Positions 1-13,130 of a DNA stretch of 64,000 bases are shown in pieces; positions within the stretch are counted from its first letter, which is position 1; every line of letters begins with the position of its first letter. The notes beneath the pieces were generated by a model. The model saw nothing but the letters and a program-made list of their open reading frames with translations, searched no databases and was not told where the DNA came from. This stretch comes from the human T2T-CHM13v2.0 reference genome, Homo sapiens. Position numbers and translations under genes: made by a program. The DNA lies in assembly GCF_009914755.1 (NCBI RefSeq), contig NC_060935.1. The stretch is one strand, 5' to 3'.

Positions 1-1177
1 GGAGGAAAGACGGGAAAGTGGGCAATTAAGACAAAGACAAATGTATGTTCAAAAACATACAAACTGAACAAATAGAGGTATGGAAGAGCAAAATCATTGA
101 GAAAAGACAGGGTGGAGGGGGTGAGGAAGAGGCTATGAAGTAGGTTGAGGCTGTTTGGGAAGCATAATATGTGCCTAACTAAAGTGTAAGGATTTGATCT
201 TGTAGATGATGAGAAACCACCAAACCTAATAACGCAGAGGCGAGATCAGTTTTATGCTATTAGAATATTCACATGAGCTGCAGAATAGACAATGAAAATA
301 ATTGAAAGAGTTGGGAAGAATGAAGGCAGAGTGATCCCCCTAAGATTTCATAGTTTATCTCAGGGTTTGAGAATGTACTGGGATGTAAAAACATGTGCAT
401 ATGCTTTGGATCCTAATAGAGTACTCAGCAAAAGTTAGTTCTCTCTTTCCCTCCCCATCTTGTTTAACCCCATACTTGGCAGCTGAGCTACTGTTAATCC
501 TTTGCTGAGATTTTGCAGAGGAGGATTTTAGGCATGAAGAGAAAAATTCGTGGCCCAAAGTTACAGAGCTAGGAAATGGCAGGGCTAGAATTTGAACCCA
601 GGCATTCAGACACCAGAGGCAGGGTGAGTAATCACCACACTGTTACCTTTAGCTAAGTGGGAGATTTGTTGTAAGGATTAAGTGAGACGATATATATTTC
701 TTGCTGAGATGATGATATAGTTAGCCATTTGACTGAATCCTTACTCCTCCCCCAAAACCTGTCCTCCTGGTCTGTGACCTTAATCTGGTCAGTTCCCATT
801 TTTCAGGGTCCCACATCAGCCCTCATAGTTCTGTACTTACCTTCATCCCAAGGTTAGAATTGCTCTCTACAGTCTTTGTTGCAGTTTCTTTTCTAATTTC
901 AGGTCCCAACACCTTCTCTCCCATGTGTTCTCATGTAATACCCCTCTCAATGGCCCTTTGTGAAATGCCTGGCCCTCTTCATATAGATCCTGGTACTCTT
1001 TCCCCCTGAAGTAAGTTTCCAAAGTGGGAATACCACAGAGCCTCTCTTGACCAGAGATCTTGCTTGTTAAATAGATATTAATCAATGTTGCTGAGATGCC
1101 ACTCTACCTAAAACTGCCCCACTCAAAATTCTGAGATTTGTGACCCAAGAGGATCCAGTCTGGTGACCAATTCAATT

Positions 1178-1205
1178 CTCTCTCTCTCTCTCTCCTCTCT
1201 CTCTC
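1178..1205. repeat. (CT)n tract, interrupted
   Basis: Read directly. Confidence 0.85.
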
Positions 1206-1953
1206 CCTGTCGGACTTAAACTAGAGACTGAGATACTTAGTCCATCTGAGATGCTAGAACTTGGAAGTCAGGTGGAGCAGAAGCTTGGGCTCTGCTCCTG
1301 GACCTGCTGGAGCTGGACTACGGAGGGGAGAGTTGAGGGATTGTGCAGCCCCTTACCCTTGGTTCCTGGCTTTAATGGATGTTGGCTCTCTATAAAGCCC
1401 TTGGGATCTGAGAGACATTCACTATCTGCTTCCATTGAGCTTTCCTTCTGGGGTTGTGTCATTTTGAGTGGGTTTCTGTTTCTCACATTCAAATATTTCC
1501 TAACTCTGCTATAGAACTATGAGTGGTGTTGTCATATATGAGTTGTGTGCGGGCTCAATTGTAAACCCCATCAGAGCCAGATAAAAAGAATTTAGGGGGA
1601 GTGATGGAATCCATATTGAGACTTGGCATCCAAAGTAGGTTTCTTTTCTTTGCTCATAGCTTGTAACGATGTTATAAAAGAGGCTGCTTCTGTTGCCACC
1701 TAATTTTCTTTTTTTTAACCTCTCGGGGTAGACTATAACAAAGGACTCTAGAAAAACAATTATCCACTTTTATGTGGCTTAAAATATTTGGCCAGCCTTA
1801 CCCTAACAATTTTGGCTAATATGAGAGCAAATTGTGGAGACTAATTATTTAAAGTCCTAAGAATTATAGTACTAAGGAACATACACATAGAGTGGGGGCC
1901 ACCAGTAAATTTTAGGATTCAGAAGCTGCGTCTGTTTGTCATTGTTATAAGCC

Positions 1954-1964
1954 TGTGTGTGTGT

Positions 1965-2010
<46 letters not shown>
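1954..2010. repeat. Compound microsatellite (TG)6-CG-(CA)21
   Basis: Read directly. Confidence 0.95.
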
Positions 2011-2011
<1 letters not shown>

Positions 2012-3691
2012 AGGATTCTACCACACAAGACAGCACCTGACTTTTTAAAATATGTCCTTTTTTATTTTGACAGTGAGCTATGCCAGGTGATCAATTTGAA
2101 TGACCATTAATCAGTGCAATGAGGTGTCAAAGAAGGCAGAAATCATTAGGAAGGTATTGTCTCTGGAGAGTTTTGCAATTTTCCAAATTTATCTTTATCT
2201 AAAGAGACTCATGAGGCTCCACGGTGACATATGTGTCCTATTTACTTCATCAGAACCAGGGTAGCTGGGCATAGATGCACCCAATGAGGGATGAGCTATA
2301 TCAGGCTGGGGCAAGCTGCATTCTGAGAGGTCAGGGCCGATTGCAGGGAAGGGTCGGCAGAAGGGCAGCACGAGGACATCATCTCATCCAAGAGGTGAGT
2401 GTTAGTTAGGCGTGCCCGAGAGGGATGAAGACCTTGAATATCACCAGGCCTCTGGAGACTGGTGTCGCAGGAGTACAATCCTGTCCTGGAAAGGGTAGCC
2501 AGAGCTCGGCAGTGGGATGGATCTGTCTGCATCCTCAACAAGGAGAGGTTTCCTATATGAAAAAAAAAATGCCCAGTTTTAAAGGGACACAGCTTGGCTT
2601 GTCACCCTCAGATCTCTGAGCATTGTGATTAAACTGTAAAACTGTCATAAAAGGAAGCATGAAGATTAATAGATAATATTCTTTAGCACTTTAATTTTGT
2701 ACATTTCAAAATGTAAGAAAATGAATTTCCTGGCCTCTCACCAAAGGAGATATAAATAAATAGCGATCAAGGTTCTAATTTCCTGAGAATTTTAATAAAA
2801 AGAAATATTTATGGTTTAAAATTACCCCCGAAATTATGCATCGAAGAATAGATAGTTTATGACTTCGGAGAACAAAAAGAAACTTGCAAATTCTTGATGT
2901 TGGCAGATCAATTAAGCGGTAATACATGCTACATTATAATTTTAATCACCATGAAATTAAAATATGGTAATGAATGTTAACATGACTTTATCCTTTCAAA
3001 CTATAATTTAATTTATGGAACTTTTCTTGACTACTTCCTTATTTCCTTGGTTACTTTTCTTGCTCTGCGTGCTACTTTAGATTATACACTTTCCAATGCA
3101 CATTATTTAAGACAGCCACCAATTAAATGAGTTCTTCTTCCTTTATCAATTAAGGATCTTGTAGATAATGTTACTCTTTTTAACCTAGTTCTTTCTGTCT
3201 CCCCGCATAAAGTATGCAGAGAATTAGAATAGCGCTCTCTTAATGTCTTTTTTTGGTTTTAAATTTGTTTATTTTTTCCAGTAACACAAAAGGCAGCCCA
3301 AGTGTGAGCTTGCTCTCTTCAAGGGTCTTCTTCCTCTAACATATCTGGGGCAGGGACAGAGCTTGTTCTTGGCATCCACATGCCAGCTACTTGGATATGG
3401 TGCTGCTCCTCCTGCCTCCCCCATCTCTGTCGGGGCTCCCATTCCTTCCCTCTGCCCAGTGATGCCCCCATCCCACATGCACCTCAGCAGATGGATGGTG
3501 TTGCAAAGGCCACATTTCCCTTTGCTCCTCAAACCTCTAATTTCCAGCACCCCATTTTCAAAGCTCCATGCTGAGATGTCTAAAAAGTATCTCCATAAAT
3601 GAAGAGAACTGTTTAATAGTACACCAAAAATGACTCAGACGGTAAGGAAAAAGAACAACAAAAAATGTTAAACCCTTCTCTGGTTTTTCCC

Positions 3692-4464
3692 TGACACCAA
3701 GTGCGTGCTGTCTTTTCCAACACCACCGAGTCTCCAATTCCACGACACTAACTGGGTGTTCAGCAATTCAATTCAATTCTGAGACTAACTCTCCATGGTT
3801 AGTGCACTTTCCACAGGTTAAGGGCTCAGGCCCAGGAGACTGCCCCCACTTCAGATGCCAGTCACAAGGCCCAGGTTTCCACCTACATTTCTGAAGGACC
3901 TGCTATAAATTCAGTGGTTCCAACTCCCTCTTCAGGTTTGCTAATTTGCTAGAACAACTCACAGATTTCAGGGAAGCACTGTACTTACTATTACTGGTTT
4001 ATTACGAAGGAATACAGTGCAAGAGCAGCCAAGTGGCAGAAATGCAAAGGGCAAGGCATGGGGGAGGAGCACTGAGCTTCCAGTCCCTCTCCACCCTCCC
4101 AGCACCTCTATGTGCTCAACACCCTGGAAGCTCTCTGAACCTCCTTGTTTAGGAGTTTTAACAACCCAATCTTCAGACCTCCGCTTCTCCCCAGAGGTCA
4201 GGAGGATTGGAGGGGTAGTGCTGAGAGTTCCCACCCTCTAATCATGTATTTGGTTATTTGGATTTTCTAAGGACCAGCCCTCTATACTGAAATTACCTAG
4301 GGATCCCAACCCGAGTGGCCTCATTAGCATTGACTCAGGTGTGTTGGAAGGGGCTTGTTATGACTAACAAAGGACACTCCTGTCACTCAGGAAATTCCAA
4401 GGGTTTTAGGAGCCCTGTGCCAAGAACTGGAGACAAAGATCAAATATATTTTTATTATACCACA
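3692..4464 (-). mobile_element. MER21-like solo LTR
   Basis: Reverse complement starts TGTGGTATAATAAAAATATATTTGATCTTTGTCTCCAGTTCTTGGCACAGGGCTCCTAAAACCCTTGGAATTTCC and ends GGTGTCA, matching the recalled MER21 consensus. Confidence 0.75.
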
Positions 4465-4769
4465 CCTTCCCAGAGGACCCACTGTGTCTTACCCAAGGTT
4501 TACTCCTTTCATCTTGAGGTCAACACTCCTGTCTCTCCCTCTTCTTCAACTCCCTGCGTGTGAAACCACACCCCATCCCCACAGGTGGGAAACCTCAGCC
4601 TCTCCCCAAAGCTGTTGGTCTAACTCCAGAATCCATTCATTCCACCCAACCAGGTAATCCCCAGGATCACAATAACCCCATTTCTCAAATGCATTGTTTT
4701 AAAGTCTGATTTATTCAGCCAAAAATGCAGTGACACGGATGGGGAGTAGTGGCTTGACGGTTGAGTGCT

Positions 4770-5200
4770 GAAGCAAGTCAGTCTTGAATAGTTTTCTGCA
4801 AGAAAACCAACATAATTTCCTGTCTCTACATTAAACAATGCTGAGACCATGCACACTTCCTGGGCCTGTGATAAACATTGAGACCAAGAAAAAACAACTT
4901 AGTTGGCTGCTCCAGGAAATACCACGCCTTGCAAGGTGAGGCTGTGGGTCAGCTAAATAGTTAAATTATCAAAACTAAGAGCATACTCATTAAAACACAT
5001 CAGCATCCTAACTTCACTGCACTCACCAATCTAAAGCCGTTATACCATAACTGTACCCAAACCTAACTAGTTCCTTGCCTTGTAAGATTTGCCTTAAAAT
5101 CACCCAGTCCAGGCCCTTGTTAGGTCTTCTGATGGCTGCCCGTCAGCTGTAGGATAAAGTAAAAACTTTTATAAATGTATATGTTTACCTGAGCAGCCCT
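4770..5200 (+). mobile_element. ERV1-type LTR fragment (MER39/MER4-group-like)
   Basis: Resemblance to recalled consensus only (CACCAATCTAAAG...CCTTAAAATCACCCAGTCCAGGCC); family and limits uncertain. Confidence 0.35.
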
Positions 5201-6409
5201 ATCTCCATCAATCCAAATTTCACACTTTATTGCAGAACTCTGAAGAATTTGTAACCACCCCAACATGCACATACATACCAAGATGTTTTGCATTTCCATG
5301 TCTTTATTCATTTTTCTCATTGTCTTAAATACCCTCCTCCTCTACTCCTTGTTGCCTTGGATAACTCCTACACAACTTTTATTAGTCCAAGGCCTCTCTT
5401 CAGGGATCCTTCTCTGAGCCCCAGGCTAGATCAGATGCCCTTCCTTCCTCTTTTCTCCTTGCGCATATATCACAACTCTCCCACTTACAGCATTGCATCA
5501 GAATGGTCAGCTTTTACATGCTGCCCTGTCAGCAGAGCTCTAAGAACAGACATGATGTCTTACTGAACATTACAGCTCTCAGGACCTCATGGTTCTAGGA
5601 ACCTAGGAATGCACAAGTGGTACATGTTGAACTGAACTGAACTGGATTTGGCCATCAGAGTTGTGGTGAATATTTTTCTGGCTTATTGTTCACCTTTAAT
5701 TTGGGTTGTGAGGGGTTTTGACATAATTTTAATTTTTATGGAGTTGAACCTATTGATCTTCGTGTGATTTCTTCTATTGATTTTGAGCTTCAAAAGTGAA
5801 GGACTAGGTTTTAAAGACTTCATGACTAAGCTAAGAAATTCTGCCACCTCATCCTTCTCATTGGGAATAGAAAAACAGCATAAGGCAGAAGAACAAAGAA
5901 AACACCTTACCCATCTATTCTCAGAAATTCATGGCTCTTTTCCTTTCTTCCCAGTGAGGAACGGTCTATGTGTCAAAGGCACAGCTTATATTTGCTATCT
6001 CAGCTTTTATAATTTTCATCAATGCATGAAGACAGCTATCTTAAAGCTAAGCAATTCCATTTGGCTTTGGGTCCCAAAAGATAACCTATATCTAAGTGCT
6101 TCTGCACAAAAAAAAAAAAAAAAAGCATTTGCTGTTTTACTCTTTTCTTATTTTATTTCCTAAATAAATATAATACACTGCAGCAATTTACTCAGCTGGC
6201 TCTGCTTGCCTGGCTGTGTGCTTCACCCTTGAGGTCTCCCTCTGAATTGTTGGCCCACCCTCCAAGGGCCAGCTCAAATGTTATGGCCTTGATAAGCCCC
6301 TTCTCTGATGAGCTCCTTCTCCTTCTAAACCTGTTTCCTATCCTGTAGATACATGCTTTTATACAACACTCCTAAAATGTAAGCAACATGACACCAAAAC
6401 TGATGTCTC

Positions 6410-6790
6410 CTTCATTTGTTCATTCACTGTTCAAACATTAAGCATAACAAATCCTCTGCTAAACACAGGAGAAATGGTAATGAACAAGATAGGCTAGGCC
6501 CAAGCCCTGACCTCATGGAACTTGTATCTTAGCAGGGGAGACAACAGTTGAATAGCTAATCACACATTTGCTTACAAGCTAGGAAGATGCTATGAAAGGA
6601 AAATGTAAAAGGATACGAGAATATATTTTAAAAGGGTGAGAGAAGGGGAGTTCAGGAAAAGCTTCTCTGGAAAGTGATATTTTAAGCTAATATTCTAAGT
6701 TATATTTGAATAGGTGTTAGCAAAGTAGTGAGGAGTAGGCTGAGGGCAGGGTATACCAGGCGGGGGAATAGCACGTGGCTGGCTAAGGAC
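6410..6790 (-). mobile_element. L2 3' fragment (representative; others at about 1-300, 33395-33660, 36120-36450, 51230-51600, 55300-56200)
   Basis: TTCATTTGTTCATTCA...CCCTGACCTCATGGAACTTGTATCTTAGCAGGGGAGACA. Confidence 0.6.
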
Positions 6791-6952
6791 ACTGCTTTGC
6801 ATACAAAGACACCCAGCGCACATGGATAAAGTAAAGGAAATGATAATACTTATTTAAACAAACAAAATGATATTATTTTGTGTAATAATATCTTGTTTCA
6901 ACATTCTAACATATTCATCTCTTAAAGAAGAAGCATCAAGAGTAAAATCAAG

Positions 6953-7086
6953 GTTTTTATATTTTTAGTAGAGACAGGGTTTTGCCATGTTGGCTAGACT
7001 GGTCTCGAACTCCTGGCCTCAAGTGATCCGCCCGCCTTGGCCTCCCAAAGTGCTGGGATTACAGGCTTGAGCCACCGCAACCAGCC
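6953..7086 (-). mobile_element. Alu fragment (left monomer plus linker only)
   Basis: TTTTTAGTAGAGACAGGG...CCTCCCAAAGTGCTGGGATTACAGGC...CCAGCC; right monomer absent. Confidence 0.85.
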
Positions 7087-7249
7087 TGGACTACAGGAAT
7101 TTAATCAGCTTGAGCACATCAGCCTGTTTTACAGCCTCCTGCCCCATAGCTTGTTTTTTTCCAAACCCCAGGTAGAATGCAGTCACCTGGTTGGCTGGAA
7201 CCAGTTTATGACATGTCAATTTACTGAAGAGTCAGAATATGATAATAAT

Positions 7250-7505
7250 TAAGAAAGTGGCTCTGGAATCAGATGGAGTTTAAATCTAAGCTCCATCTCT
7301 TACACAAGGTGCGAGACCCTGGGCAAGTTACTTAACTTCTCTGTGCCTTATTGTTTTCATCTGCAAAATAGAATAATAATAATATTTTTTAAAAAGTACC
7401 CCCCCCACCCCGCCACAGGCACACCTCATAGGATAGCTGAAGGGATTAGGTGAGATTTAAAAAATGTGACAAGCTAAGAGCACTCAATGAAAGTCAGCAC
7501 TAATC
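7250..7505 (+). mobile_element. MIR (representative; further MIR relics at about 530-690, 9230-9690, 12580-12950, 13290-13500, 21660-21830, 31680-31900, 34550-34700, 47310-47790)
   Basis: Core GACCCTGGGCAAGTTACTTAACTTCTCTGTGCCT...TCATCTGCAAAAT. Confidence 0.7.
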
Positions 7506-8394
7506 ATTTACCAAAATCAACATATCTGTAAATCTTCTCTATGTCCCTAAATAAAAGAATATTTATTGGAGTTTACATTAATAGTACTAATAGGAAAAGA
7601 GAAAGTGTGATTTTTATTTTTCGCCTTCTACCCAAGGAATTTCCCTTGTGAGTATGTCTATATATAGCATTGCCAGTGAAAAGTAGAGCAAAGAACAAGA
7701 TTTCCAAATGATAAAATTATATTTCCGTTTCAGTCATAATTACATACCTTCATAGCTACTCTCAGGAATTACAAGCATCATTTTTCCTCTGTCTTCACTT
7801 TCAAATACCTACAGTGTTGGAATCCTTTGGCAATCTTCTATAAATTTCAAACTGGGGCAACTTAATTAGAATCCTGACTTCTCTCCCTTCCACCAGCAAT
7901 TGCTTAAGTTTTTGAAAAACATCGTTAAAACAAAGGATGCATTGAGTTTGAGAATATTGGGCTTTATTTGTTTCTGAGACAAGATCATGGGGAGGAAAGC
8001 AACTTATAAATGATAAATAGATTTGATATTTAGACTCATCTAGCCTTGATTTCCAGCTTGGGAACCTTCATTTAATATTGAGAAAGACCAGGCTTCATCT
8101 TATATCTCACAGTTCTGCACTGGGTTGGTCAACCTACCAACATTTTATCCCCTCTAATAGAGCTAGACAGAAAGCAATGAAAAAGAAACAGTAGGGGCAA
8201 CTGGACTTGAATAGAAGAATAACCATAAATTAATGGTCTATTCATTCCTCCTTGGTCTGCCTTGCTGAGGCTGTGTCCTGCGCAGGTGGCCAAGGCTGCC
8301 TAATTAGTGCTTGGGCAGAATGGGGAGTCTGGTGAGACTGCCAAGTGCACCAGTGTTGAGCTTCTAATTTGGAGACTTACCACTTTCTTGACTT

Positions 8395-8970
8395 TTTTTT
8401 TCTTGGTAAAAGCTTTTTTTAGCTCACATACCATACAATTCACCCACTTAAAGTATATAATTCAAGAGTTTATCATACATCCATAGGATTGTGTGATCAG
8501 TGCCACAATTGATCTTGGAACATTTTCATCACCCTCAAAGAAACTCCGTATTTTTTAGTAATCAATCCCTTCCTAAACACCCCCATGCACCTAACCCTCG
8601 GCAATGAGTAATCTACTTTCTGTCCCCATAGATTTACCTATTCTGAACATTTCACGTAAATGAAATCTTAAAATATGTGGCCTTTTGTAATGGGCTCTTT
8701 CGCTAGGCACACTGTTTTCAAGGTTCATCCGTGTTGTGGCATGTTTCAGTACTTCATTCCTTTTTATGGCCAAATAATATTCCAGTGTATGGCTATACCG
8801 CACTTGGTTTATCCATTCATCAGTTGATAGACACTTGGGTTGTTTCTTCCTTTTGACTGTTATGAATAATGCTGCTATGAACAATCATGAGCAAGTTTTT
8901 GCACAAACATATGTTTTTATTTCTCTTGTGTATACATATGCACCTAGGAGTGGAATTGCTGGGTCAAATT
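8395..8970 (-). mobile_element. Old L1M (L1MB-like) 3' fragment
   Basis: ORF 8591..8884 gives MFIAALFITVKRKKQPKCLSTDEWINQ...YYLAIKRNEVLKHATTRMNLEN (L1 ORF2 C-terminus-like), followed by L1M 3' UTR motifs. Confidence 0.85.
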
Positions 8971-11257
8971 TTCTTGGTGTTTTAACTTAAAAACAAACCT
9001 TATGCCAAATTAAACTAAATGACAGCACTTTGTAAATAATAAATCACCTATAAAAATAAGGTTTCATTTTAACTATCTTGTAGAATATTTAATCTCCTAA
9101 TTTATTCCAGTAATGTTGAATCCATTTCTACTGTGGACTTTGCACTGTGCTATGTGTTGGGAGTAAAGATTCAAAGAGGACTGAGACATGGATCCTAAAC
9201 TGGAGGGGATTACTGTCTATACAAATAACTAACATACATTGGATCCTTACTCTAAGCCAAGCATGATACTAAATGTTTTATATGTATCAAATCCGTCACT
9301 AGTAATACTACCCTATGAGGTAGATACTATTATCATCCTTATTTTACAGAGAACTTAAGTAACCATCCCAAAGTCACACAGCTGGTAAGTGGCAGAGAAC
9401 TGTCACACTTCATTGCTCTCCCAGGCCAGGCTGCCTCTCTAGCAACAGTATAACACACAAGAGTTAACAACGTGTCATCTGGAGTTAGATATCCTGAGTT
9501 TGAGTGCTACCTCCCCCACTTACCATGTGACCTTGGGCAAATGAATCACACTTCCTACGCTTCACATGCCTAATCTATAAAGAGAGGTTAATCCAAGAAC
9601 CTACTTCATAGTGTTGATATAAGGATTAAAAGACATAAACATATATTAGTTGCTTGACATGTAGTTAGTGCTCAATAAATATTAGTTGTTGTTATTATCC
9701 ATAAAAACTCTATAAGCAAATCATTACAAAGGCATGTGATACATTTTAAGGGCTGCCAAATGTCGCAATTTATCTCTGCTGGGAAGGAAAAAAAAAAAGG
9801 AAAAAAGGAAAACAAAACAAAACAAAAAAAAACCTCAGGCCAAACTGCAGAAAAGCGTTTGCCTCCTTTTACACGAATTCCATCCATTGACTTTAACAAC
9901 TGAAGTCTTAAAAGCTGGATTCTGCTTATCTCTTTCGCTTCCATTTCTAGTGCTGTTGGGGAGCCTAATGCAGGGTGGTGATTTGTATTCTGCAAGTGTC
10001 TCTTGTCTCATCAAGAAAGGGGCCCATCTGTCTGGTCTTTGGGTGGGTTTGGAACATGACACCCAGGGGATGGGGGTGGCAGCAGAGGAATCAACCCAGG
10101 CACCCACAGAGGTGCCAACCAGGCAAGATCCATCCCTCTGCAGGCTCCTGTAAGGAGGGGAAAAGACAATATGATTATTCAAGGGAAGGTCTCATAGAGA
10201 TGTGTGCTGCATTTAAACACAAATGCATTCTGTCCTCAATAATTTGGTGGAGTTGGCATAGCATTGGGGTCAGCCTGACACGGTATTGAAGAGTCCCAGG
10301 GTGCAATGTGACTTGTCACACTAAGTACACTTGTCTCCCACGGCAACAAGTTACTGGGCAGCAGGAGACAGCAGGGCTGGGAAAAGCATTCAGGGGAAGG
10401 GTCAACAGGGAGCCCTTCTTTGCACATTTATCCGGCCCCAGATTTGGCTGATGGTTTCAGAATGTGCTAAGTGGTCATCAGCATTCTCGGCTGTTCTAGG
10501 GGATGCAGTTAGTCGGGATTGGCTTCCTGGTACTTATTAAAGAAAAATCAGACATCTAGGGAACCAGGCCATGGAGAAGGCTAAGTCCAAAATAAGTATG
10601 AGCTTATGGAGACACACATATGAACACACCCCAGGACGACTCTCCTTAAGGATCTTTCAAACTCACATGTTAGATCCTAAGTCAATATTGATTCCCTTTC
10701 TCCCTGCTGTCCTGGAAGAACTCTGAGATACCTAAATGTATTATAGCTACTTGCTTACTTATATCTGTTTCTGCCCACTGACTTGTGATTTGGAGTGAAC
10801 AGGGACTGTGTGTTATTCTTTTAGTGGTCCCAAGACCGTGGTACACGCTGAAAAAAAAAATGTGACTGAATAGAATTTTGGGAGTATATACAACCTTTTG
10901 CCCTGGAATTCCATTTAATTATTAGACAAAGTCTATGCAGACGGCTTTACTATTCCTACTTTAACTGGTGTGGAAACTGAGGTTCACAGACATGAAGCAA
11001 CCTGCCCAAGGTCATGTGGTTGGTGGAGCTGAAATTGAATTTCACAATAAACGTCTGATGGGTGATTAATATACAAAAATCAATTAACCTATTATCACAT
11101 TAAGACACTTACTAGGATGACTGAAAGAAAATGTCTGGAACTTCCAGAAAGTTCAATATTAATTGCCTTCAGGCCCATGGCACTGAGCTAAATGCCATGA
11201 AAGGTAATCCATGCAGATGGCCTGGCTCTCTATTGGATTTTTAAAAATAAAAACCTA

Positions 11258-11550
11258 GGCCAGGCAGGGTGGCTCATGCCCGTAATCCCAGCACTTTGGG
11301 AGGCAGATGCAGGAGAATCACTTAAGCCCAGGAGTTCAAGACCAGCCTGGGCAACATGGTGAAACCCCATCTCTACTAAAAATACAAAAGCTAGCCGGGT
11401 GTAGGGGCACAAGCCTGTAATCCCAGCTACTCGGGAGGCTAAGATAGGAGCAATCACCTGAGCCTGTGAGTTGGAGGCTGCAGTAAGCCAAGATAGCGCC
11501 ACTGCACAATGTGAGTGAGACCTGGCCTCAAAAAAAAAATAATAAAAATA
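11258..11550 (+). mobile_element. Alu (AluJ-like)
   Basis: Full dimer with J-type GCCCAGGAGTTCAAGACCAGCCTGGGCAAC and A-tail; degenerate TSD TAAAAACC. Confidence 0.9.
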
Positions 11551-12976
11551 AAAAAGTAAAAACCATAAGTAAAGTATAATTATAGTTAAGAGGATGATTA
11601 GTGCCACAGTGAACTTGAATCAATTTGAATATGGACCAGATGAGTGAGAGCTCTCTGAGAACAAGAATTGGTTTTTTTGTTTTGTTTTGTTTTTGTTTTT
11701 TAATCACTGTTGTCCTAGAGCCCTGCACAATGCTGGTGACCAACAAATGCTACTGAGATGGATAACGTATAAAGGTATAAAGGCTATGTAACCACTGGAT
11801 CTGGATATAAAATGTCAATCAGTAGGATTAGATGAACAGGTTCTTTCTAGCTGACTTTCCCACCTGTGTGCCAGACCTCCTCTGCAAGATTCATAGGGTC
11901 TTCGTTTCATTGGCATATCCCTGGGGTTAGTAGCTTTGCCATAGCCATATAATAGGTGGTCCAGGTTGTGTTGTATGACCTCAGGAGTAGAGGGATGAGG
12001 GCATAGTTCGCCACAGCATTAAGACCACCTCTTCCCCTCTACCCTGGAAGTTGGCTGGAGGTGTGGAGAAATCAATGGACGGGTGAGAAGAAGATAGGGA
12101 TAGAGGCCAAAGTTTTGTTCACAGAAGCCTGGGGGGCACCTCAGAGTCCAAGGAACAGCAATGGGAGGTTGATGCTTAGCACCAGAAGAGGGGGCTGCAG
12201 CTGGTGCAGCTGCTGCTGCAGGTGACATTGTTTGTGGGTACAAGATGGGAGCAGAACACTCTGTAGGGGAGACTAGAGCCCAGGCTAAGCGGAGGAGGAC
12301 TGGTGCAGGGTGGGAGTTGGCCCAGGAAGAGCACGTACCTCAACAAAGGTTTGCCATGTGCTTAGGGGTGTGGACTGGAGAGAGTATGCTGGGGAAGAAG
12401 GGCGTGTATCATGGGAATATGGATAAGAATAAGCTCCAGGATTTCAGTCTACAGAGGAAAACAGACACAGACATGACCAACAGTAATTCTGCATGACAAG
12501 TGGGAAAAATAAAGATGGAATGAAGTAATATAATAATTTAAAAGAAGCAGCAGCTTGTGAAAGCTAGTAGGTACCAAGAGCCAGAGAGTTTTGGATTCAG
12601 ATCCTAACTTACGAGGTGTGTGAGCTAGCACAAGTCATGTAGTTTCATCTAAGCCTTAGTTGCCTTGCCTATAAAACGTGTATAACAGCTTCCTCATAAG
12701 CGTTTGTAAAGATTAAAAGGAGATATATGTTAAGTGTTTAGCCCATGGCCTGGCATAATAACACTCACTGAAAATTAGTTGCTATTGCAACTACTACTAT
12801 TTCAACTTCTATTTGCCAGGCACTGTGCTAAAGGCTTTTGTCTATGCTAGTTAATCTTTACATACACTCTGCTAGTCAGTTATTTTTATCCCATCTTTAA
12901 TCAATGAGAAAATGGAACCCCTGCGTGTTTAAATAATACAGGTAGTATATAGCAGCCCTAGACTCACCTCGAGGCA

Positions 12977-13130
12977 TGACAAGTTTCAGACACTCCACTC
13001 TAGTCACCATCCTGCTGCTTTATTACTACAAATATAACACTTTAAAATATATTCATATTTATACTACAAATATTTTTATAGTAATAAAATAGCAGGGTGG
13101 TGACTAGAGTGGAGTGTCTGAAACCGGTCA
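12977..13130. repeat. Inverted repeat, 46-bp core arms with a 50-bp AT-rich spacer
   Basis: 12983-13028 is the reverse complement of 13079-13124 with 3 mismatches. Confidence 0.92.

Noticed and set aside
11230-11607. Alu-derived ORFs (also 22031-22324, 26704-27047, 49609-49924, 60571-60916, 61915-62128)
   Set aside because: Standard translations of Alu sequence, not genes.
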